Below are positions 1 to 8,010 of a stretch of DNA of 64,000 nucleotides, piece after piece. The position numbers and the translations under genes were made by a program. How positions within the stretch are numbered: position 1 is the first letter of the stretch; every line of letters begins with the position of its first letter. The DNA comes from Minisyncoccia bacterium. Lineage in GTDB: Bacteria > Patescibacteriota > Minisyncoccia > SW-4-49-11. The stretch lies in NCBI GenBank assembly GCA_044356725.1, contig JBIKVS010000001.1, positions 2,839 through 66,838 of the forward strand, read 5' to 3'. The notes beneath the pieces were generated by a model. The model saw nothing but the letters and a program-made list of their open reading frames with translations. It was not told the DNA's origin and did not search any database.

Positions 1-190
1 GGGTATATTCTACAAAAGCATAGTATAACTCATCACTTAAATTTGGCAGATTGAATGCATCTTGCCAGATAATAATATCTGGTTTTAATGTTATTAGAAC
101 TCTTGCGCATGTATTTAAGCGATCATCCCATGATGTATTTGTGCTTAGGGAACTAGGGTAAAAAGTGTTCCAATAAATAATGCTGGTCAT
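1..190 (-). CDS. Hypothetical protein, N-terminal fragment running off the window. Begins MTSIIYWNTFYPS...PDIIIWQD, faintly like endonuclease/exonuclease/phosphatase-fold proteins.
   Basis: Own translation of the minus strand from the ATG at 190. Not in the ORF track because it is truncated at the window edge. Confidence 0.25.
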   Translation of the reverse strand, partial: MTSIIYWNTFYPSSLSTNTSWDDRLNTCARVLITLKPDIIIWQDAFNLPNLSDELYYAFVEYT

Positions 191-270
191 GGTAAAGAAA
201 ACTCCTTTTTCAAAGAACAACAGACATCATCTATATACCATGTTATAGCTACATTTGCAAGTTTAAAATC

Positions 271-298
271 AAAGAAAAAACCCCGCTGCTTAGCGGGG
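271..298 (-). terminator. Rho-independent terminator. Stem CCCCGCT/AGCGGGG with a 4-nt loop; the A-tract on the plus strand is a T-tract on the minus strand.
   Basis: GC hairpin in an AT-rich context, read directly. Confidence 0.5.
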
Positions 299-454
299 TT
301 GGAGTCGAGCATGGAGGCGTTCCAGCCATTCGGTACATTTTTTTCTGGGCATTACGAGCCAAAATGGATCCCTGCAGTCAGGTGGGAGTGTCACGATGTT
401 TCCTCCTTGAGCTACCCCATGCTTTTCGGGGTTGATTTTGAAAGAAACTGACAT
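290..454 (-). other. Short GC-rich transcription unit; either a small protein (54 aa from the internal ATG at 454) or an sRNA.
   Basis: On the minus strand TTGACA-17nt-TATAAT sits at plus-strand 480-508. The first ATG of the listed ORF lies inside that promoter. There is an internal AAGGAGG-7nt-GTG. The unit ends in the 271-298 hairpin. Local GC is about 50% against about 30% for the genome. Confidence 0.3.
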
Positions 455-479
455 TGTTTTATGTCTGTTTTCAAATATA

Positions 480-508
480 ATTATAGCATAAAAATCAACT
501 TTTGTCAA
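480..508 (-). promoter_or_regulatory. Consensus sigma70-like promoter on the minus strand: -35 TTGACA at 503-508, 17-nt spacer, -10 TATAAT at 480-485.
   Basis: Read from the sequence. Confidence 0.5.
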
Positions 509-540
509 TAGCAGGTGTCAAAAATATGGTGTTTAGGGTA

Positions 541-567
541 AAGAAAAAACCGCCTAAATCTAGGCGG
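541..567 (-). terminator. Rho-independent terminator downstream of the 560..994 gene. Stem CCGCCTA/TAGGCGG.
   Basis: Hairpin followed by a T-tract on the minus strand. Confidence 0.5.
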
Positions 568-994
568 GTGGGTATAGATGGGATATTCTTGTCTTATAAC
601 ATACCTCAAGATAATCTATTATCCAATCAGGAAAAATTATCATTAATCCATAATTGATATTACTCTCGTTCCCTTGTTTTAGATCAGGATTACTCCAGTC
701 TTGAGTTTGTATGTTTGAATTTCCAGGTAAAACTTTACTGTCTTCATAATGACTATTTACTACAATATGAAAATTCATATTATAGTTTAAACAAAACTCT
801 CTTATATCTAGCTTATGATATATCCAAGTCTCTAAACTTTTTATAGGTCTAATTTTATTATAACCTACACAAACTATGTGAATTTTGATTCCTTTAAGAT
901 TGAATTTGTCTAGTCTAGGTAATAATGTATCTATTTCTTGCTTTGTACACTTATCAAAAGGAATATAAAGAATGTTAGTCTCACGAATACACAA
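560..994 (-). CDS. Hypothetical protein.
   Basis: 144-aa ORF with its own terminator; no family recognised. Confidence 0.35.
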   Translation of the reverse strand: MCIRETNILYIPFDKCTKQEIDTLLPRLDKFNLKGIKIHIVCVGYNKIRPIKSLETWIYHKLDIREFCLNYNMNFHIVVNSHYEDSKVLPGNSNIQTQDWSNPDLKQGNESNINYGLMIIFPDWIIDYLEVCYKTRISHLYPPA

Positions 995-1154
995 TAGTAC
1001 TCCATATATATGTATATTTGGGATCAGTTTGAGTACTTCTATGTGTACTGTAGGGATATAATAATCAGCAGTTGTCTTGAGAGTCGCTATACAATACTGT
1101 CCATTGCATATCCACTGGAGGTGATACTGATTATTTATGCTAGCGATTTTATTA

Positions 1155-1189
1155 AAAAGACAGAAAACCCCGCCCTTTTAAGGGCGGGG
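1155..1189 (-). terminator. Terminator hairpin CCCCGCCC-TTTTAA-GGGCGGGG.
   Basis: 8-bp GC stem preceded by an A-tract on the plus strand. Confidence 0.45.
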
Positions 1190-1253
1190 ATGAATGTCCA
1201 AATTTTCCGATAGCTAAAGCAAGCGAAGAGCTTGCGAGCGAAGGAAAATATAG

Positions 1254-1457
1254 TTATATAAAGTAAAAGCCCTGCCTTTTAAGGCGGGGTCTTTTACTAT
1301 CATTTGAATTTGCGTTTACAAAAAGACAGTACATGGGCATGTCTTTTTGCTCAAAAATCTTTTTGACACTTTGATTTTTTGGTAATTTGTTTGGATCAAG
1401 AATTAGTAGACTAAAATATTCTGGATATAAAGAGGCAGTCATTTGTAAAAAGAGCAA
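1254..1457 (-). CDS. Small hypothetical protein ending in the 1262-1298 hairpin.
   Basis: ORF only; weak. Confidence 0.2.
   Translation of the reverse strand: MLFLQMTASLYPEYFSLLILDPNKLPKNQSVKKIFEQKDMPMYCLFVNANSNDSKRPRLKRQGFYFI
1262..1298. terminator. Bidirectional terminator-like hairpin CCCTGCC-TTTTAA-GGCGGGG, a near copy of the 1155-1189 hairpin.
   Basis: Stem with one G-U pair and an A/T tract on both sides. Confidence 0.4.
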
Positions 1458-1490
1458 GTTTGTATTTTGATTATAACATATAAATTAAAG

Positions 1491-1528
1491 ATAAATAAAA
1501 AGACCACTCGACGTAAAGCGCGGTGGTC
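1491..1528 (-). terminator. Terminator-like hairpin GACCAC...GTGGTC after the 1539..2249 gene.
   Basis: Hairpin plus a T-rich tail on the minus strand. Confidence 0.35.
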
Positions 1529-1538
1529 TTCTTGTATG

Positions 1539-2249
1539 CTACATTGTAGCTTGAAATAGTCTGTTGTATCTCTTTCTACCAATTCTGTTGTCAAGATGAA
1601 AGCAGTTATTAAGGTGTTCTATGGAGCTATTAACAGTTCCTATAGTACACATTGTAAAGTTTTGATTTTGGAGATATTGGACATTTCCATCATTTATCAA
1701 CTTTATATTTTTATTTTGCACAAAGTAGTGTAGCCCCGCCTTATTTTCTTCGTGATCTTCAAAATGTGCCCACTCTTGATAATCTCCTTCTTCATATTTT
1801 GTATTACAACTACAAATTATATTAAAAGCAGATGTGTCTAATTGTAGGAGTTGGAAGAGATCAAGTATATAGCTTAGTTTTTGTATCTTTAGCATATATA
1901 ACAGGCTAAAGCCTTGTAGTTGTATTTCCAAAGATTGCATTGGTCTCATCGTTAGCTTAGGGCTTGGTACATACCTAGGATAAGCTGGCTTATAAGAGGT
2001 TATGCAATATTCTCCAAACCAGTTAATATCATAACAATATCTAATTTTTTCAATGATTGGAGTTATTAAAAGCCTATCTCCAATAAAAATACAATAGTCT
2101 ATATTAACATTATTCTTATCTGGATCTTTCAGTATACTATTTACAACAGAGTTCAATTCCTCTGTGTTAAGTGGGTAGTATACATTGATTATGACCACTG
2201 ACGAGAGCTGGTTATCTCTTACCCTTGGCTTTTTTTGAGTTTTCATCAA
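1539..2249 (-). CDS. Hypothetical protein, 236 aa.
   Basis: Long ORF with terminator; no family recognised. Confidence 0.45.
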   Translation of the reverse strand: MMKTQKKPRVRDNQLSSVVIINVYYPLNTEELNSVVNSILKDPDKNNVNIDYCIFIGDRLLITPIIEKIRYCYDINWFGEYCITSYKPAYPRYVPSPKLTMRPMQSLEIQLQGFSLLYMLKIQKLSYILDLFQLLQLDTSAFNIICSCNTKYEEGDYQEWAHFEDHEENKAGLHYFVQNKNIKLINDGNVQYLQNQNFTMCTIGTVNSSIEHLNNCFHLDNRIGRKRYNRLFQATM

Positions 2250-2343
2250 AATACCTCCTTAAAGCTAAAGGACAATTTAAGATATACCATAAAATACAAG
2301 TATTGTCAAATTTTAGTAGCAAACAATATAGTATTTTTAATGT

Positions 2344-2356
2344 ATTTTTGTGGTAT
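2344..2356 (+). promoter_or_regulatory. Extended -10 element TGTGGTATAAT upstream of the ABC transporter operon.
   Basis: TGnTATAAT-like motif about 35 nt before the start codon. Confidence 0.4.
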
Positions 2357-2389
2357 AATAAGTATAAAATACTATAATAATTAAATTTT

Positions 2390-3295
2390 ATGTCAGAAGT
2401 AGCATTAGAAGTAAAAGGACTTTATAAAACTTATAAAGATGGTAAGGTGAAGGCTTTGAATGGTGTAGACTTGACTATTTATAAGGGTGAAATTTTTGGG
2501 CTTTTGGGTCCAAATGGAGCGGGGAAGTCTACTCTTATTAATGTGCTTACAACTCTTGCTAATAAGACATCTGGAGAGATTACAGTTAATGGGGTGGACT
2601 TTGCTAAATTTCCTTCCGAGGCTAAGACTTATCTTGGAGTGGTGCCTCAGGAGTTTAACTTTAATTGGTTTGAAAAGGTAGAGGATATTGTCGTTCAGCA
2701 AGCAGGTTTTTATGGTATGCCAGCTAAGGAGGCTAAAGAGAGGGCTGAAATTTTACTCAAACGATTAGGGCTCTGGGATAAAAAAGATACAGTTTCGATG
2801 AAATTATCTGGTGGGATGAAGAGGCGATTAATGATTGTCCGGGCTCTAATCCATAAACCAGAGATTTTGATTCTGGATGAGCCCTCCGCAGGAGTGGATG
2901 TGGACTTGAGGCGCGAGATGTGGGAATTTGTAAGAGAGCTCAATCAGGAAGGAGTGACTATTATCCTGACCACTCATTATCTAGAAGAGGCGGAGAATCT
3001 TTGCGATAGAGTTGGGATTATTAATAAAGGTAATATTGTTGAAGTAGGTACGGTGAAGGAGTTATTGTCTGAGCTCAAAAAAGATACTTTGATACTAGAT
3101 GTAGTAGGGGAGTTAGGAGCTTTGCCGGATAGATATAGGCTGAAAGATGATGGTATACTAGAGACGGATTTGTTACATGGTGAGGATTTGTATACTATTA
3201 CTAATGAACTCCATAGCAAGGGGTTGCAGGTGACAGGGATTAGGAATAAGACTAACCGCTTAGAAGAGGTATTTATTAATAAAGTTAATCAATAA
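2390..3295 (+). CDS. ABC transporter ATP-binding protein.
   Basis: Walker A GPNGAGKST, ABC signature LSGGMKRR and Walker B ILILDEPSAGVD. Confidence 0.9.
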   Translation: MSEVALEVKGLYKTYKDGKVKALNGVDLTIYKGEIFGLLGPNGAGKSTLINVLTTLANKTSGEITVNGVDFAKFPSEAKTYLGVVPQEFNFNWFEKVEDIVVQQAGFYGMPAKEAKERAEILLKRLGLWDKKDTVSMKLSGGMKRRLMIVRALIHKPEILILDEPSAGVDVDLRREMWEFVRELNQEGVTIILTTHYLEEAENLCDRVGIINKGNIVEVGTVKELLSELKKDTLILDVVGELGALPDRYRLKDDGILETDLLHGEDLYTITNELHSKGLQVTGIRNKTNRLEEVFINKVNQ

Positions 3296-3296
3296 T

Positions 3297-4067
3297 ATGA
3301 AGGCTCCAGTTTTTACACCATTATATACTATTATTAGAAAAGAGTTAATTCGTATTATTAGAATTTGGCCACAAACTTTGTTGCCTTCGGTGATTACGAC
3401 TAGTTTATATTTTTTGATTTTTGGGTCTTTTGTAGGCTCTCAGATTAGAGATATTGAAGGGATTAGTTATATGCAGTTTATAGTCCCTGGACTTGTGATG
3501 ATGGCTATTATTACTAATTCTTTTATGAATGTGGTGGGGTCATTCTTTGGGGCTAAATTTGGTAAAAGTATTGAGGAGTTACTAGTCTCTCCAACTCCTA
3601 ATTGGGTAATTGTCTGGGGTTATGTAGTCGGTGGTATGGCACGAGGTTTGGGGGTTGGAATCCTTGTGCTAATAGTGGCTTTGGCCTTCACTAATTTAGA
3701 GGTTATGAATATCTGGGCGGTTTTGATGTTCTCAATTTTGACTGCTATGGTTTTCTCTCTAGGAGGATTATTGAATGCTATCTTTGCTAAAAAATTTGAC
3801 CATACAGCTATTATCCCAACTTTTGTACTGACTCCGCTTACTTATCTTGGGGGAGTATTCTATTCAGTGAATGCTTTACCAGAATTTTGGCAAAATATAT
3901 CTAAGTTTAATCCGATTCTATATATGGTTAATGGATTTAGATTTGGATTTTTTGGAGTTACTGATGTCTCAATTACAATCTCAGTTGTAATCTTGGTTAT
4001 GCTAGTCTTGATACTGTCTATAACTGATGTGATGCTCCTGAGAAAAGGTGTGGGGTTGAGGAGTTAG
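3297..4067 (+). CDS. ABC-2 type transporter permease.
   Basis: 6-TM profile; translationally coupled to the ATPase (gap of 1 nt). Confidence 0.7.
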   Translation: MKAPVFTPLYTIIRKELIRIIRIWPQTLLPSVITTSLYFLIFGSFVGSQIRDIEGISYMQFIVPGLVMMAIITNSFMNVVGSFFGAKFGKSIEELLVSPTPNWVIVWGYVVGGMARGLGVGILVLIVALAFTNLEVMNIWAVLMFSILTAMVFSLGGLLNAIFAKKFDHTAIIPTFVLTPLTYLGGVFYSVNALPEFWQNISKFNPILYMVNGFRFGFFGVTDVSITISVVILVMLVLILSITDVMLLRKGVGLRS

Positions 4068-4087
4068 GGGGCGATACCATAATTATT

Positions 4088-4369
4088 ATGGAGACAATAT
4101 ATTTTATTTTAGTCTTATATACGATATTCTTACCAATTCCGTTTGGGGTATTGTGTATTATGTATACATTGAAGTATAAACCTAAATATAAAAGTCAATT
4201 ATGGTGGATATTAGGTCTTATTTTTATTTCTTATATACTTATGGCTATGGGAGGAATTATTAGTGATAATCTTGGTACAGATGGGGGCCAATTTAATTGG
4301 GTAACCGATATTTTCATTACCATTACTTATATCCTTGGTTTTAGATACCTATATAAAATAAAAAATTAA
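4088..4369 (+). CDS. Small membrane protein.
   Basis: Hydrophobic 93-aa ORF. Confidence 0.4.
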   Translation: METIYFILVLYTIFLPIPFGVLCIMYTLKYKPKYKSQLWWILGLIFISYILMAMGGIISDNLGTDGGQFNWVTDIFITITYILGFRYLYKIKN

Positions 4370-4397
4370 AACACTAGAAATACTTAGTAAATATTAA

Positions 4398-4742
4398 ATG
4401 AATATACTCAAAAATAACTTTTTAATACTCACAATAATATTAGCTATATCTATAATATTTTACTTTATTCCATTTATTTTTGGGCAATTCATATCTCCTT
4501 TTATAATTCTGATTGGTTTGAAAATGTCCCTACAAGCAAAAAGTTTAGATAAAATTATATTAGTTTTGGTGTCTATAGTATTTTATTGGTATTCTTTACA
4601 GATGATGTCTTTAGAGATGGATCAATTAGATAATGTGATTGATAAAGAAGTACAAATTCCTACCAGTCAACTCACTCACAGTATTACAACATTTATAGCT
4701 TGTTATGTAGTCGGTTTTGGGGCGATAAAAAGAAGAAAATAG
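4398..4742 (+). CDS. Small membrane protein.
   Basis: Hydrophobic 114-aa ORF. Confidence 0.4.
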   Translation: MNILKNNFLILTIILAISIIFYFIPFIFGQFISPFIILIGLKMSLQAKSLDKIILVLVSIVFYWYSLQMMSLEMDQLDNVIDKEVQIPTSQLTHSITTFIACYVVGFGAIKRRK

Positions 4743-4744
4743 CT

Positions 4745-5026
4745 CTACCCCTCCACTTTTTCAAATCTATGAACAAAACTTCCGCTGTCTAGTTGAACTG
4801 GTGTGTTCCAACCATTTTCACCGTTAATTTTTCTGACCCAGATGATTGAGTCGGCTATACTTTGGTAGACTACTACAGGTTCTTCATCCCATTCGGATAG
4901 GGCTATATTGAGGATTTGGTAATGTGTTTGCGGGTTTTTGTAATGATAATATTTAGCTCCTATTTCTATATTGTATTGCTCGGGATTTAACTTCTCTAAT
5001 AATTGAGTAGGGTCTGTATGTGCCAT
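4745..5026 (-). CDS. DUF1653-like small protein.
   Basis: YYHYKNP...VVVYQSIADSIIWVRKIN resembles the DUF1653 pattern YxHYKG...VVYxxLYG..WVRP. Confidence 0.45.
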   Translation of the reverse strand: MAHTDPTQLLEKLNPEQYNIEIGAKYYHYKNPQTHYQILNIALSEWDEEPVVVYQSIADSIIWVRKINGENGWNTPVQLDSGSFVHRFEKVEG

Positions 5027-5079
5027 AAATTTTGGAGTTAACTTATATTTTATATTATAGCATAATTAGAGTGTCTTTA

Positions 5080-5112
5080 ATACATTATTGCAAATGATTT
5101 GCAATAATGTAT
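5080..5112. promoter_or_regulatory. Perfect 33-bp palindrome (16+1+16), ATACATTATTGCAAAT-G-ATTTGCAATAATGTAT. Candidate metalloregulator (Zur/Fur-type) operator overlapping the promoter of the COG0523 GTPase gene.
   Basis: Every position checked for complementarity; lies in the divergent intergenic region between the DUF1653 gene and the COG0523 gene. Confidence 0.55.
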
Positions 5113-5127
5113 ATTTTGTGATATACT

Positions 5128-6261
5128 TTGAAAAGTAAATTACATAATATTATGCAAGATAAGCAAGCTAAACTTTTACCGGTGACAGTTTTATCTGGAT
5201 TTTTGGGTAGTGGGAAAACTACTCTTCTTAATGCTATTCTCAAAAATAGGCAGGGTCTTAAAGTTGCGGTGATTGTGAATGATATGTCTGATGTGAATAT
5301 TGATGCGGAATTGGTGGCTAATAATGAGGTTTCTCTGAGTAAGACCGAGGAAAAACTGGTTGAGCTCAGTAATGGATGTATTTGTTGTACATTGCGAGAA
5401 GATTTATTGGTAGAGGTGAAGAAATTAGCTCAAGAAAATCGATTTGATTATCTGGTGATTGAATCTACGGGAATATCTGAGCCATTGCCTATTGCAGAGA
5501 CATTTACCTTTGATGATGAGTCTGGAGATATTTTGTCTAATTTTGCAAAATTGGATACGATGGTGACGGTGGTGGATGTGGCTAGCTTTATGAATTATCT
5601 TGCTTCTGAAGATCAACTGAAAGATACTGATGAATCTCTTGGAGAGGAGGATACCAGAACTATTGTAGGACTTCTTACAGATCAAATTGAATTTGCTGAT
5701 GTGATTGTATTGTCTAAAGTAGATTTGGTGGATAAGGGAACCGTTGGTACTATTCGGGGTATTGTAGCTAAACTTAATCCTGATGCTCGGATTATTGAAG
5801 CGGTGAAAGGGGATATTCCGCTTGAGCAGATTTTAAATACGGGATTATTTGATTTTGATAAAGCTTTTCAAAATGTAGGGTGGCTCAAAGAAATGAGAGG
5901 TGAACATACTCCAGAAACAGAAGAATATGGTATTAGTAGTTTTGTATATGAGTCTAAAAAACCTTTTGATAGATCGAAGTTGATGGAATTACTACAAAAT
6001 GGGACATTAAAAGGGGTTGTTCGCTCTAAAGGATTTGCTTGGGATAATTCTGATCTTACGACGGCTTTATTATGGTCTCAAGCAGGGAATATTATTAATC
6101 TTGACTCCTATGGATATTGGAGCAAATCGAAGAGCGGGGATATAAAAGGAGAGCAAAAAATTGTCTTTATTGGAGCTGATATGGATAAAAAAGCTATTAT
6201 AGAGGCATTAGATAAGTGTTTGGTGAGAAATTATTTCTCAACAGTCAGTTCTGGCGAATAG
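5128..6261 (+). CDS. COG0523-family (CobW/YciC/ZigA-like) metal-chaperone GTPase.
   Basis: G1 motif GFLGSGKTT, CxCC motif GCICC and ESTGISEP. The listed start is TTG; the ATG at 5152 (MQDKQAKLLPV) is the more likely start. Confidence 0.75.
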   Translation: MKSKLHNIMQDKQAKLLPVTVLSGFLGSGKTTLLNAILKNRQGLKVAVIVNDMSDVNIDAELVANNEVSLSKTEEKLVELSNGCICCTLREDLLVEVKKLAQENRFDYLVIESTGISEPLPIAETFTFDDESGDILSNFAKLDTMVTVVDVASFMNYLASEDQLKDTDESLGEEDTRTIVGLLTDQIEFADVIVLSKVDLVDKGTVGTIRGIVAKLNPDARIIEAVKGDIPLEQILNTGLFDFDKAFQNVGWLKEMRGEHTPETEEYGISSFVYESKKPFDRSKLMELLQNGTLKGVVRSKGFAWDNSDLTTALLWSQAGNIINLDSYGYWSKSKSGDIKGEQKIVFIGADMDKKAIIEALDKCLVRNYFSTVSSGE

Positions 6262-6264
6262 TTT

Positions 6265-7083
6265 TTGAGTTTTATGCCTATCAGCCCGGCACCATATGTC
6301 GGGCTTTTCTCTATTCAAAAAGATAATATTATAGTACAATATATTTCAAATACTGGATACAGAATCGATAAGAATAGAATGATATATTGGAATCAAAGAT
6401 TGGTGGTGTTGGGGATGGCTATAATTGCAGTTGGATTAGTAGTAATTAGTGCTGTCGTTTCTCCTCAGGGAGATGAGTTGTTGGCCAAAAAAGCCTCTCT
6501 GTCTTATAACTCTATGTCTGATCCTAGCAGAACTTTTAGTGTGGATCAGGAAGCTAATATTCCTACTTGGTTTACAGGGGGTATTGCTTTATATTTAGCA
6601 ATGACTGCTGGTATGATTGCCTCAGTAGTAAAATCCCAAGGTAAGAAAATGGCTTGGGCTTGGAGAGGAATCTCTATAATGGCAATTTATATTGCTCTTG
6701 ATGAAGTGGCGGGATTTCATGAATTGGCGATTGATCCTATTCGTAGTAATTGGGATGTTGGTCCATGGCTATATCAGTCTTGGGTGATACCAGCGATGGC
6801 TTTGGTAGTATTGATTGGGATTATTTATTTTAGATTTTTGTGGAAATTACCTATCTATACAAAAGTTTATTTGTGTCTAGGGGCTTTAACTTATGTTACG
6901 GGTGCTATTGGGGTGGAATCAATTGGAGGCTTTGTCTTGACTACTCAAGGTTTGAGTGATTGGTATGTTCAATTATCTCATATCGAGGAATTTATGGAAA
7001 TGATGGGGCTAATTATTATTCTTTATTCGGTTGTAGAGTATGCCCGTCGTGAACTTAAATCTATGACTGTGATTCTAAAATAA
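6265..7083 (+). CDS. Integral membrane protein.
   Basis: Multiple TM helices. Confidence 0.45.
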   Translation: MSFMPISPAPYVGLFSIQKDNIIVQYISNTGYRIDKNRMIYWNQRLVVLGMAIIAVGLVVISAVVSPQGDELLAKKASLSYNSMSDPSRTFSVDQEANIPTWFTGGIALYLAMTAGMIASVVKSQGKKMAWAWRGISIMAIYIALDEVAGFHELAIDPIRSNWDVGPWLYQSWVIPAMALVVLIGIIYFRFLWKLPIYTKVYLCLGALTYVTGAIGVESIGGFVLTTQGLSDWYVQLSHIEEFMEMMGLIIILYSVVEYARRELKSMTVILK

Positions 7084-7110
7084 AAATTGTATGACAACTA
7101 TTGACAAAAA

Positions 7111-7145
7111 TACAAAAATATGTTATTGTGCGGGAGAAATATTTG
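7111..7145 (+). promoter_or_regulatory. Promoter-like TTGACA-17nt-TATTGT, preceded by the shared AACTATTGACA motif.
   Basis: Read from the sequence upstream of 7157. Confidence 0.35.
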
Positions 7146-7156
7146 ATTAATTATAT

Positions 7157-7978
7157 ATGGTAATAAGTTTTTTATTCAGTATAATTATATTCCTTATAAT
7201 TGTTTTAATATTAGGACAGGTTTTTCTTTGGGAGGCAACTATATGGACTAATCTTTCTATCGCCTTAGCTTCTATTTGGGCTATATTTTTACTAAATGCT
7301 AGAGAAATTATACGATCAGTTGAAATTTTATTCATTGAAATAGCAGTTAAGATTTTAGATTTAATAGCATATTTTCAAGGCTATAAGGTTGGTAAGGCAG
7401 AGGGACATCATCTAGAAGAAGTTTATAAGTTAAGGTATAAAGTTTATTTAGAAAGTGGATATATAGAACAAAATAAAGAAGAAATGTTTCTAGAGGAATA
7501 TGATCATTTTTCTACTAGTATTATTGCGATAAAAAATAACAAAGTTATTGGGAGCTTAAGAGTTCTATTTTATAATAAAATCAGTCAGCTATCCACCTTA
7601 GATTATTATAATGTCAATTTACCCAAAAACGATTTGTACCAATATGTAGATTTGGGTAGATGGGTGAATGATCCAGATTATAGGTCAAAAAAATCTAAAA
7701 ACCCTATAGTAACTATCTTAATAGGATTAAAAACTTATTTATATTTGTTAAAAAGTAAAAAAAAGTTTATAATAATAACGTTAAAGCATAAGTTAAGACT
7801 TCATATTGAAAATATATTCAGAGTTAAGTTTAACCATCCTAAACTTTTACCCTTAACAGAACAAAATAAGTTTTTTAGGAGTAAATTTAAAGGTTATTTT
7901 GAATCTAATAGAGATATAGAAGTTTGTACTCTTGAATTAAAGTTAATATATATTTTAAATTTTATATTCAGAAGATAA
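7157..7978 (+). CDS. Membrane-anchored GNAT-fold N-acyltransferase-like protein (FeeM / N-acyl amino acid synthase / LuxI-like).
   Basis: Two N-terminal TM helices, then EEVYKLRYKVYLESGYIEQNKEEMFLEEYDHFSTSIIAIKNNKVIGSLRV, recalled as N-acyl synthase-like. Confidence 0.35.
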   Translation: MVISFLFSIIIFLIIVLILGQVFLWEATIWTNLSIALASIWAIFLLNAREIIRSVEILFIEIAVKILDLIAYFQGYKVGKAEGHHLEEVYKLRYKVYLESGYIEQNKEEMFLEEYDHFSTSIIAIKNNKVIGSLRVLFYNKISQLSTLDYYNVNLPKNDLYQYVDLGRWVNDPDYRSKKSKNPIVTILIGLKTYLYLLKSKKKFIIITLKHKLRLHIENIFRVKFNHPKLLPLTEQNKFFRSKFKGYFESNRDIEVCTLELKLIYILNFIFRR

Positions 7979-8010
7979 TTTATTTATAAAATATTAAATA
8001 AAAACACAAA

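Noticed and set aside
283-470. Possible SRP/6S/tmRNA in the GC-rich promoter-to-terminator unit
   Set aside because: By eye I could not find the SRP domain IV GGAAGCAGCC-type internal loop, a tRNA-like end, or a 6S central bubble. It is left as an unresolved small unit rather than a named ncRNA.
2405-3219. Several ORFs antisense or out-of-frame inside the ABC ATPase gene (2405-2701, 2487-2681, 2710-2943, 2977-3219). Similar nested ORFs lie inside hsdR, hsdM, hsdS, the P-type ATPase, the V-ATPase genes, GspE, cysS and the VanW gene.
   Set aside because: They are nested in strongly supported genes with clear motifs and have no independent signals. They are chance ORFs.
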